DNA of 64,000 bases from Eledone cirrhosa. Taxonomy: Eukaryota. Each line of letters opens with the position of its first letter. Positions within the stretch are counted from its first letter, which is position 1. The stretch covers positions 315,704,001 through 315,768,000 of the forward strand of contig OZ024740.1 in assembly GCA_964016885.1 (NCBI GenBank). The letters run 5' to 3'. The position numbers were made by a program, and so were the translations under genes. The notes beneath the pieces are model-generated. The model saw nothing but the letters and a program-made list of their open reading frames with translations, was not told the DNA's origin and searched no databases. Of the stretch, positions 28,115 to 39,240 are shown piece after piece.

Positions 28115-28615
28115 ACATCATCATCATGGTTTAATGTCCATTTTCTATGCAAGCAAGGGTTAGACAGGTTGTCCCATTAGAGGCAAGTGGAGTCAGGTGA
28201 CTGTGTCTTGCTCATTTAGAACTGTTTCACTCTAGGTTTCTATGGCTGAATGACCTTCGTAATGCCAACCACATTTACAGTGTGTTCTGGGTGCTTTTTG
28301 TCATGACTCCTAACGACCATTTTACGGTGTGTGCTGGGTGCTTTTTGTCATGACTACACACCCTCACTGTAAAGTGGTCATATAGGTGTCATGACAAAAA
28401 GCATCCAGTACTCACTATAAAGTGGTCATGTAGGTGTCAAAACAAAAAGCACCCAGCACTCACTATAAATGTGGTTAGGAAGAGCATCCAGCCGTAGAAT
28501 CCAAGCCAAAATCAGTTCTGTGTGAGCAAAACATGGTCCTCCGACCTGGATCTCTTACAATGGGACAGCCCGTCCTACCCATGCTATCGTAGAACATGGA
28601 CGTTAAATAATGATA
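28115..28615. mobile_element. Head-to-head pair of RTE-tail-type short elements
   Basis: Left half is on the minus strand (catcatcat...tgccaaccacatttacagtg); right half is on the plus strand (aatgtggttaggaagagcatccagccgtaga...catggacgttaaataatgat). Confidence 0.7.
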
Positions 28616-28889
28616 ACTCATGGCACTTTTATCAATCAACATCTATCATTCAATTACATGACACATTCTTACCAAAATAAGCCTTTCTAAGTCAATGCAT
28701 CTTTATACTCATTATGTTACATTACACTTATGACATAAGCATCATATAATTTGTTATTCCTACAAAGAGAGAATCACATGTCACATAGCTTTTAAAATAC
28801 ACCCACAAATGTCAACCTGTTTTATTTACACCTGGAGTGGGGGAAGTACAAGAATGAAAATACGGGGTTTAAATATTTATATATATATA

Positions 28890-29226
28890 ACAATTGTTTC
28901 TACTTTAGGCACAAGGCCAGCAATTACCCAGTGCATTACTGGTACTTTATTTTATCGACCCTGTAAGGATGAAAGGCAAAGTCAACCTCGGCGGGATTTG
29001 AACTCAGATCGTAAAGGGACGTAACTATGTATATATATATATATATAATAATTGTTTCTATTTTAGGCACAAGGCCAGCAATTATCCAGTACATTACTGG
29101 TACTTTATTTTATCGACCCCGTAAGGATGAAAGGCAAAGTTAACCTCGGCAGGATTTGAACTCAGATCGTAAAGGGACGTAACTATGCTGGAAAGCATGT
29201 CCGACCCTCCACCGATACTGCCAATT
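28890..29226 (-). mobile_element. Two tandem tRNA-SINE copies separated by a TA run
   Basis: Same family motifs as 8189-8385. Confidence 0.88.
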
Positions 29227-29330
29227 ATATATATATAATAATAATAATAAATAGGGAACAAAGAATTAGTATTACATCATACAGATTATCTTGGGAATTT
29301 TACCTGCCCTAGGTAGGTATATATATATAT

Positions 29331-29569
29331 ATGACCTTCGTAATGCCAACCACATTTACAGTGTGTTCTGGGTGCTTTTTGTCATGACTCCTAACGACCA
29401 TTTTACGGTGTGTGCTGGGTGCTTTTTGTCATGACTACACACCCTCACTGTAAATTACTAGTATCATTGAACTTCACCAGTTAAATCGTTCCTCATGATT
29501 CTCTCATCATTAGTACCATAAATATTACAACTGTTCTATATTAGTAGAGGTTGGACATCATCATCATGG
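29331..29569 (+). repeat. Exact local duplication of 28250-28373 followed by 28011-28129
   Basis: Read base by base as identical; order swapped; joined through a shared taaa. Confidence 0.9.
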
Positions 29570-29809
29570 GATGCAAGCAGGGAAAAGCGGACGTAAAATG
29601 ATGATGATGATGATGATGATGTAGATAAATCTACCAAAATATACGGTAGTGTCCAATCCGTATGAAGAACTCAATGTAATCCAAATATCATGAAAAGATA
29701 AGATGTATTCAAAATGTTTTCGATGAAAAACACAGGAAAACAGAGTCAAGATAAATTAATAAAAATAATGAATAAAAACAAAGAAACAGTTCCTTATATT
29801 AAAAAATTC

Positions 29810-29943
29810 ATCATTTTACGATCGTTTCTAGGATATATATGTGTGTGTTGGTATGTATATCATATAGATCTATGTAAAAATTTTACAAACTATCAGAGGG
29901 AATATACATACCTACACATATATATGCTGTCTTCAGAAATAAT
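29810..29943 (-). ncRNA. Type I hammerhead ribozyme motif, left arm of palindrome
   Basis: Reverse complement of the motif at 29964-30097. Confidence 0.8.
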
Positions 29944-29963
29944 CCTTATTGTCAGAAATAATC

Positions 29964-30097
29964 ATTATTTCTGAAGACAGCATATATATGTGTAGGTATG
30001 TATATTCCCTCTGATAGTTTGTAAAATTTTTACATAGATCTATATGATATACATACCAACACACACATATATATCCTAGAAACGATCGTAAAATGAT
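29964..30097 (+). ncRNA. Type I hammerhead ribozyme motif with ~100-nt stem II
   Basis: attattt-CTGAAGA-[atatatatgtgt..ggtatgtatat / atatacatacc..acacatatatat]-GAAA-c-gatc-g-TA-aaatgat; palindromic loop III. Confidence 0.8.
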
Positions 30098-30732
30098 GAA
30101 TTTTTTAATATCAGGAACTGTTTCTTTGTTTTTATTCATTATTTTTATTAATTTATATCATCATCATCATTTCATTTTACGTCCGGTTTTTCCCTGCTTG
30201 CAAGGGTGGGACGGGAACTGATTCTGGCTTGATTTCTACAGCTGGATGCCCTTCATAACACCAACCTCATTTACAGTGAGTGCTGGCTGCTTTTTTGCTG
30301 TGGCACCTCCACGACCACTTTGCAGTGGAATGATAGGGACCCCAGTCCCTATCATCTCATTTCTACAGCTGAGTAAACTGGAGCAATGTGAAATAAAGTG
30401 TCTTGCTCAAGGAAACAACACATCACCTGGTCTGAGAATTGAACTCACAACCTTTCAATTGCAAGGCCAATGCTCTAACCACTAAGCCATGTGCCTCCAT
30501 ATATATATATATATGGGGTAGCAAGTTATCATTATAGGTAATCCAGTTAGAGGTTGTGAGTACTCTGCGTCGTGGATAGTTTTAACGTACGGCTTTGTTT
30601 AACTCAACAAGATGTTTCCATAGTTAGGCAGTGAGTTCACGGTAATTCCTATGCAGGTTATACTTGGAGTAATAATAGTGAAAGAGTGAAGAATAACATG
30701 GTTGGCTGTAGAATAAGGGGCTTTATTTCAGG

Positions 30733-30840
30733 TATTGACAATTGTTTCATTATCAGGTGAGTCTAGAGGTCGCTAATCGCTTGAAGTTGCGTCACCCGAT
30801 CTCCATTACATTGTTTACCTCTGACCAACTCATCAGAATA
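30733..30840 (-). ncRNA. Type I hammerhead ribozyme motif with ~80-nt stem II
   Basis: Minus strand: tatt-CTGATGA-gttggtcagaggt...acctctagac..taat-GAAA-c-aatt-g-TC-aata, followed by aataaa; lies in a TA-bounded segment ~30515-30865. Confidence 0.78.
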
Positions 30841-30929
30841 TAAAAATAATTCGCTTGAGGCAAGATATATATATATAGAGGAATAGCATATAATCAAAAC
30901 AATAACATCAATAATAAAATATATATTCT

Positions 30930-30960
<31 letters not shown>

Positions 30961-31002
30961 TGTAAAATCCTGACTGTGGTGCCAAGCGGTTTTGGTTTGT
31001 GT

Positions 31003-31056
<54 letters not shown>

Positions 31057-31062
<6 letters not shown>

Positions 31063-31328
31063 GTGGAGAGTGTTATATGTAAGAAGGCCAAACAATACAA
31101 AATGGATGGTAAGATGAAGGCAGTGAAAAAGTTAGTTACCTAGTAATCTTTGTTTTGTTTTTTTGTTGTTTCTTTCATCCTATTCCAGGATTTTGCTTTG
31201 AAAGAAACAAGAAAACAACAAAAAATTACAAAAAGATTACCAGGTAACTAACTTCTTTGTCACCTTCATCTTACCGTCCATTTTGCATTGTTTTAGCCTT
31301 CTTACATATAACACTTTCCACATTATAT
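31057..31328. repeat. Imperfect fold-back with ~120-bp arms directly after a (TA)n run
   Basis: aatgtggagagtgttatatgtaagaagg...agttagttacctagtaatcttt is mirrored by aaagattaccaggtaactaact...ccttcttacatataacactttccacatt. Confidence 0.85.
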
Positions 31329-31467
31329 ACAATGCTTCAAGTAAACTACATCTTATATATATAGTATTTATCGTGCTGAATCCAAATAAGTTTGTAACAT
31401 TTCCCTATCAAGTCAGGTTTGTCTGTGACAAATAAAAATTTTAATAGCGAAAGTAAGGAAAGATCTA

Positions 31468-33908
31468 GCAAGGGAGTACCAGATTTTACACCTACCGTAT
31501 ATATTTGGATATAAACTGAGGAATATGTGACCAAAAAATTGATGGTAAAATAGGGTTGGATTATATTTGGGGTCTTGGCAGTATCAGTAGAGCATCTGCC
31601 ATGTTTTGTGGCATAAAGTTATGGTCCTTTTCATTCTGAGTTCAAATCCCACCAAGCTTAGCTTTGCATTCATCCTTACAGAGTTGATAAAATAAAGTAC
31701 CAGTAATGCACTGGGGTCGATTTAATCAACTTCCCCCTTCCCCCCAAATTGTTGACCTTGTGCCTAAATCAGAAACCATTATTATTATTGCTCTTATCTG
31801 TTTCAAGCATGTTATTGCTTTGGCTGCTGTTTCTTGTTTTTACTTGCTTTCAAGACATATTGTGTTAAAATTTTGTTAAATTTATGTAAATAAGCCCCCC
31901 CCCCCCCCCCCCCCACTTCTTTACTGACAAAAGGGTGACCTTCAACATATTTTCCTTAAGGACAAAATCTGTATTTTAAATACAAACATGGCTCTAATTT
32001 TTAGCAAAAAAAATAAATAAATAAATAAAATGGAGGGTAAAGTAACCCCCCCCCCTCCTCCTCCCACTTGCATTGGAAGAAACATCCAAAATTGTAGACT
32101 TGGTGAAAACAACAACCAAACAGCAGTTCCCATTGACAAAAAATATGTAATTAGCAGCAGTCGCAACAAAAAAACTGTAGGGATGTAAGGAAAAGTATGG
32201 CATCATTGGTAAGGGGCAATGTGGGGTGAGGGAATGGTGCTGACATGTGTAATGTTGGGGTGTATGACAGGTGAGAGTGTGGGGAAGACAAGGGGTGTGG
32301 AGCAGAGAAAGGATGTCATGGGCGTATAACAGGTGGGGGTGGAAGCAGAGAAGAGTTGAGAAAGTATGTCATGAGTGTATAACAAGTGATGGAGTTTGAC
32401 ATAATGGTGGGAAGGAATGGAGGGGTGGGGGCCTCGGGTAAACTGCACGAGTGGAGAAGGGGCAGTCTAACTAACCATGAACAATCTGTAGAATATATAA
32501 AAACTAAAATCTAATTTCAAATATATTTTAGCTAAATACCAGGACTTGACTGATTGCTTTCATTTCATGCTAGTCACTCTCAATATTTCAGGTGTCTTCA
32601 GTCTCTGAATTGTTGTTCTCTGCAAAATTGGGACCAGTTCATCCCACCTGAGGAAGGAGCCTCATGAGAAACTGATGGAGTGGGTGTTGCTGGTTGTTTT
32701 CTATGGCAATGCCTTTGCCATTTTGTCTGTGGGGGTACAGTTAAGATATACCACCTAGACTTACCATATATACGCGAATATAAACCAATCCAAATATAAG
32801 CCAGCACCCCCTCTCCCCCCATTTCATGCCTGAGAAACGTGCAAAACTCCAAACCTTGTTTATAAGCTGAGGTAGCTTATCAACACATTATGGCATAGTT
32901 TTGAAATTCTCATGAGTGGAGAAAATATTTACAAAGTTTTGATATTTTGATATTTAAAATGTTTTAAGTGTTTAGAGTATAGTTTTTGTTTCACAAATCC
33001 ACTCTGTACAAACTCCCGAGTGAAAATAAAACAACCTACTCAAACATTTTTTAGAAATTTTATTTCTTTATGATTAGAAAATAAGAAGCAAGAGAAAATT
33101 CTAATTATAATATAAAGAAATGGAGATATATTTTTTGGTTAAAGGTATTATTTAAAAAAAAAAAGATTTTCTTTAATAAGGGTGGAGAGATTGAAATGAA
33201 TAGGGAATAATTGAAAGAGATCAACTAAAAAAACAGTGTATAAGGACTCAGAAGGGAGAGGAAGAGACTAAGCGAGAGAGGGCAGAGGCAGAGTGAGGGA
33301 AAGAGAAGGCAAGAATGAAAGGAGAGAGAGAGAGAGAGAGAGACAAAACAAGATTGAAAGAAAAAGTTTAATTAAGTCACAAAGAAAAACAATTGGTGCA
33401 CATGTATTTATGTGTGTATATATGTGTGGGCGATGTATTAAAAAGTTCAAATAATACAAATTTATTGGGAATGCTCTTAAGGCAATGTATAAATAAAACT
33501 CACGACGATATAGTAGATGTGAAATAATCACTCCAGATTTTTAGCATTTTATTTACGTAGAATTTGAAGTTGGTGAAAATCCTCAAAATATTGGTTTCTG
33601 ATTTAGTCAAAATGCCCCAAAAAAAAATTTGGGGGGGGGGGGGGGTCGATTAAATGAAACCCAGTGCATTACTGGTACTATATTTTATCAACCTTGTAAG
33701 GATGAAAGGCAAAGCTAACCTCGGCAGGATTTGAACTCAGAATGTAAAGGACTGTAACTTTATGCCACAAAACATGTTGTCAGATGCTCTATTGATACTG
33801 CCAAGACCCTAAATATAATCCGACCCCATTTTACTATCAATTTTTTGGTCACACATTCTTCAGTTTATATTCAAATATACGGTAGGTGTAGAATCTGTTA
33901 CTCCCTTG
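31468..33908. repeat. Inverted pair of ~320-bp composite units (5' extension + SINE) at 31468-31785 and 33590-33908
   Basis: caagggagta.cagatt.tacacctaccgtatat...gaccaaaaaattgat...ggattatattt.gggtcttggcagtatc occurs in both orientations. Confidence 0.85.
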
Positions 33909-35229
33909 TTCGACCTTGAAAGGATAATAATAATTATTATTATTTCTACTTTTGGCACAAGGCTGGCAATTATCCCAGGACATTACTGGTACTTTATTTT
34001 ATAGACCCCATAAGGATGAAAGGCAAAGTTAACCTCGGCAGGATTTGAACTCAGACCATAAAGGGCCGTAACTCTTTGCTGCAAAGCATGGTGTCTGACC
34101 CTCTACCGATACTGCCAATCCACCACCCTCAAAGATAATAATGATAACTGAAATCATTATCATCTTTTAATGTCCATTTTTCACGTTAAATGATGATGAT
34201 GATTTCAGTAATTATTATTATTATCTTTTCATACACATTTCTTTTGCTGTGACTTGTGATACCATCTTTTGGGTCAACTCCTTAAATACTACAGTGAATA
34301 TGATGCATGAGTGAAAATGTTATTGTTCTAACAATACACAAGAGGTTAGTTGACACATGAAGCTAGTTTATGACCTAGAAATGTGAAAATATTTGTCTTT
34401 AATTGATAAATCAACCCATATAGATATCACAAAATTAATATGTGTGTAAGTCCAGTATGTTTCTTTGAAGCAACAAAAAGAGCAAACATTCTTTTAGGAA
34501 AAAAACCATTTCATGAATATTTTTAACAATGAATACATCATTATTATCCATATCATCATCATTTAATGTCTATTTTCCCTGCTAGCAAGAGTGGGATTGT
34601 CATCACAGACCAAATCACTAGTTACTTGCACCTACTAACACCTCCAATGAATCAGGGGCTAGCTTCTTGCTTAGGTACATTCCCACTCTACAGACTGCAC
34701 TGGGAACATTTTATCATGACACCAGCACTAGGAAGGTTGTCATGACTGACACAGATTAATAGTCCTTCTGGCCATTTCTTTGGCAGGTTTTCGATGGTTA
34801 GATGCCCTTCATATAATCAACTATTTTACAGAGTGAACTGTGCGCATTTATCCTATAGATCTTTAACATAGGTTGTCTGTCCTTGTCAAGACTGAAGAGT
34901 GGGTGGGGTGGGGTGAGAAGTATAATCTAATGTGATCCTGGTTTCCCTTCATGTAGCAAAAATACTGGATAATGTAATGAGTATATGACAGGTGTTGTGG
35001 GAGAGGGGGTGAAAAAGTATGTCGTGTGTATAGTAGATGTGATTAGAATTGACAAGGTCACAAAAGGGAGGAAAGGGGTGATCTCAGCTAGAGTGATAAT
35101 ATGAACAGTTGCTAAGGAGTTATGACTGGTGCTTTAGGACTTAGGATGTAGATGGTCCAGGATAGCATGATAGAGAGAATAGTTACTATAGAGGGTGAGG
35201 AACACATAGATGGGTCAGGTCACATCCAT

Positions 35230-37200
35230 GAATAACAGGCGATTGATATTCCCATTACATGGATCAAGAAGTTATAAAGATTTTGCATTGTGCAGTACCA
35301 GTGAAAACAATCATTGTAAGGACAAATGTTAAAGGTGACAAGCTATCAATCTGAAAGCCAGTGTCTAAACCTAATATTTCCACGACAAAAATCACCCAGC
35401 CCACACTGTAAAGTGATTGTGAAGGTGTCACGACAAAAAGCACTCAGCACTAACTGTAAATGCAGTTGGCATTAGGAAGGGCATCCAGCCATAGAAACCA
35501 AGCCAGAAACAATTCTGTGTGAGCAAGACACAGTCACTTGATCAAACTTACCTCAAATGGGACGATCTGTCTAACCCATGCTAGTGTGGAAAATGAATGT
35601 TAAACGATGATGATGATAACTAACTTGCTATTCCATTACTTTGTACTTTCTTTCACAAAATTTCCATTGTTTTCGCTATCCATCTATGTGATATCATATA
35701 GTACACCTTCTTGTAATCTAAGTAACACTCAGCCTTATCAGTCTCCTCTTGTAGTTCCTTATAACCATTTTGCCCATCAGTAACTGGTCCCTCGTACCTC
35801 TATCTTCCTTTCCTTCATCTCTTCTACTCTGAAGGCAGTAACTTCTGACATTCAAAATATTTATACAGCTCCTTAGTCATTATTTCAGTCAACAACTTCC
35901 ACATAAATAGTAAATATGTCAGACACTCTGGCACCTGATCCAAGGTTTCTCACACACAGAACTCTTCCTGTTGTCACCTACTTAGGAAATTGTATTTTAA
36001 CAAACAAGTATTCAGTGGTGCAGCTAGTTTTTCATGCAACAAACTGATGTTTTTCAACCACCATACTTGTATATGTGGTGGTGTGTGATCTAGTAGTAAT
36101 GGTGTTGGACTTATGATCATGTCTTGAGTTTGATTCCTGGACTGGCTTGTATGTTGTGGTCTTGAGCAAAAGCACTTCATTTCACGTTGCTCCAGTATAC
36201 TCAGCTGAAAATGAATATCAGCAAATGCTGGGGGTTTAAACCTTAGATACTATCCAGGGGAAGTTTTGTACTCTCAGTCACTTTACACCATGGAAACTCA
36301 GATAAGCACCTGCCTGATGACCCTCTGGGCTCAAGACAAACTTTAGACTTTTAGATACTTGTATATATAACTGTATAGGGGGCAGTGGTTAACTCTTTAA
36401 GGGGTAAAGTTAGTGGTTCTATTGGTTAACAGAGATGATGGCAATGAGGATGGCTGCCCTTGAGGATGAAGGGGGATATACTGGTAACAGTGGTTATAGT
36501 TAGCTGTGGTGGTATAGGTGATGGTACTAGTGTATTTGGTAGTAATGGTAGAAGGAGCAGTAATAGTGTTTGGTAAAAGTAGCAGTTGTTTTTGTTGTTA
36601 TTTCACCCATCAAAACCTGGTCCTTTCCAATTCATTACCTTCTTTACATGACACTTTCCAGATCTTTCCTAATATTGGTTTCTGATTTAGGCACAAGGCC
36701 AACAATTTTGGGGAGGGGAAAGTCAATTAAATCGACACCAGTGCATTACTGGTAGTTTATTTTATCGATCCCGTAAGGATGAAAGGCAAAGCTAAGATTG
36801 GCGGGATTTGAACTCAGAATGTAAAGAGACGTAACTCTATGTCGCAAAGCATGTTGTCCGACACTCTACCGATACTGCCAATCCACCACACTATTGCCCT
36901 GTTAACACACATGACTCAAATAGCTTTCAACTGCACCAAGCCATTTCACTCCTTCCTGTCTATCACATATACCACTCAAAAACTGTTTGCTCTCTTCTGC
37001 ATCTTGTCTAACTTTCTCCCCTATTTTTCTAACAATTTTGTCAAACAACCCTTTTTGGTTGATCTGAAATAGTTGATTGTGTCTCAACTGTTTATTCCCA
37101 GTATCAAATCTTTTTAGTTTACCAGACAGAGCAATCACTCTTTCAGTTACTCAGAAACAGTTTTAATTTCTTTTTCTCTCAGACAATACTCTGTCGCCAA
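35230..37200 (-). mobile_element. Old fragmented R4/Dong-like non-LTR retrotransposon interrupted by SINEs
   Basis: Manual minus-strand translation, in colinear order: IALSGKLKRF..NQLFQINQK..DAEESKQF (36902-37138), LFMWKLLTEI, RGTRDQLLMGKMVIRN, DYKKVYYMISHRWI (35650-35910), GFQIDSLSPLTFVLTMI (~35310-35360). Confidence 0.75.
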
Positions 37201-39105
37201 CTTATTATCATTATCCTCATCACTATAATAATGATAGTAATAATTGTTTCTACTTACGGCACAAGACCAGAAATTACCCAGTGTATTACTGGTACTTTAT
37301 ATTATTGACCCCGTAAGGATGAAAGGCAAAGTCAAATCCCGCTGAGGTTAATTTTGCCTTTCATCCTTATGGGGTCGATAAAATAAAGTACCAGTCACAC
37401 ACTGGGGTTGATTTAATCGACTTTCCCCTCCCCCAAAATTGCAGGCCTTGTGCCTATATAAGAAACCATTATTACTAGTAGAAGGCGGTGGAATGGCAGT
37501 ATCGGTAGAGGGTCGGACGCCATGCTTTGACGCAAAGAGTTACGGCCTTTTCCATTATGAGTTCAAATCCCGCCGAGGTTAACTTTGCCTTTCATCCTTA
37601 CGGGGTCGATAAAATAAAGTACCAGTAATACACTGGGTAATTGCTGGCCTTGTGCCAAAAGTAGAAACAATTATTACTAGTAGTAGTAGTAGTAGTAGTA
37701 GTGTTGATGATGAGGAGGAGAAGGAGGGGCGAGGAGGTATATCAGGACCAAAAAGTCAAAAAGAGTGAAAAGCTTCAGAATTACAACATATAAAGAGGAG
37801 GAACTAAAAAGAAAAAGCAGTAGTCTAAATAGAGAGAGAAAAAGGGTTGAGGAGAAATAAATTGTAGAGAAGGATTACAGAAAAGAAACAATATAAACAT
37901 TTGGGTGTAAACAGGAACAGTTAATAATTATATACATTATATACATTATATACATCCACTTCAGTTTCTATACTCACCACCACTTTATTATAAGCTTATT
38001 ATTATAACTGTTGATAATTATATACCCACTCAATTCTGGACTGCCACTATTATTATTAGGAACAACCAGGGCGGTGGTCGGTAGTATTGGTAGATTGTTG
38101 GACACCATGATTTGCAACATAGAGTTCAGGCCCTTTTGCGTTCTGAGTTTAAATCCCGCCGAGGTTAGCTTTGTCTTTCATCCTTACTGCATCAATAAAT
38201 AAAGTACCAGTAACACACTGGGGAAATTCAATCAACTTTACCTTTCCCAAAATTGCTGGCCTTGTGCCTAATGTAGAAACAATTATTAAGAACAACCAGG
38301 AGCCTCTATGTGAGTGCTTTGACTTGCTAGATAGATCAGCCAAATCTCCCTCAAATTACAATTCAGTGTCTATGAAATAAAAACAAAAACACATAAGATA
38401 ATGTGCTCCTGGTTTCACTTCACATAGCAAAAGTGACTGAATGGATGATTTCAGCTGGAAAGTCTTGGATTTTTGGTTTCTCAATCAAGTTTGACCTTGC
38501 GCTAAACAACAACGACTGCTACTTTTAACAATCATTGGATTGGCAGTATCGGTAGAGGGTTGGACGCCATGCTTTGGCACATAGAGTTACGGCCCTTGCC
38601 ATTCTGAGTTCAAATCCCGCCGAGGTTAACTTTGCCTTTCATCCTTACGGGGTTGATAAAATAAAATACCAGTAATGCACTGAGTAATTGCTGGCCTTGT
38701 GCCAAACGTATAAACAATTATTAGAGTGGATTGGTGGACTTGGTAGAGCATCTGACAAATTGCTTTGCGGCATATGGTTACACTCCTTACATTCTGAGTT
38801 CAAATCCTGACGAGGTTAGCTTTGTCTTTTATCCTTATGAGGTAGATAAAATAAAGTACCAGTTACACACTGGAGTCAATTTTATTGACTTTCACCTCAA
38901 ACAAAATTGTTGGCCTCATGTCAAAATCAGAAGGTGAATTGGTAGTATCGGGAGAGGGTCGGACGCCATGCTTTCCAACATAGTTACGTCCCTTTACGGT
39001 CTGAGTTCAAATCTCGCCGAGGTTAGCTTTGCTTTTCATCCTTACGGTATCAATAAAATAAAGTACCAGTAAGGCACTGGATCAATTTAATCAACTTGCC
39101 CCTCC
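36675..39105. mobile_element. Cluster of about eight tRNA-SINE copies
   Basis: Same family motifs as 8189-8385; includes a head-to-head fusion near 37333. Confidence 0.85.
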
Positions 39106-39187
39106 CCATTTGTCATAACAAGCGTGTATATATGTGCATATATTTATATCTGTGTGTGTGTGATTGCTAGCAAGGAAAACGGATGTT

Positions 39188-39234
<47 letters not shown>

Positions 39235-39240
<6 letters not shown>

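Larger units (their letters stand above)
29751..30156. repeat. Near-perfect palindrome, 193-bp arms, 20-bp spacer
   Basis: 29751-29943 is the reverse complement of 29964-30156 with one visible mismatch (tccttatatt vs tcctgatatt). Confidence 0.95.

Noticed and set aside
32583-32610. Minus-strand ctgaaga-cacct-gaaa as a hammerhead
   Set aside because: Stem II too short and stem I does not pair.
32598-32852. 84-aa ORF in unique-looking sequence as a host exon
   Set aside because: No recognisable domain and no consistent splice-site pair.
37482-37675. tRNA-like A/B boxes as tRNA genes
   Set aside because: No cloverleaf; followed by a shared SINE body and present in dozens of diverged copies.
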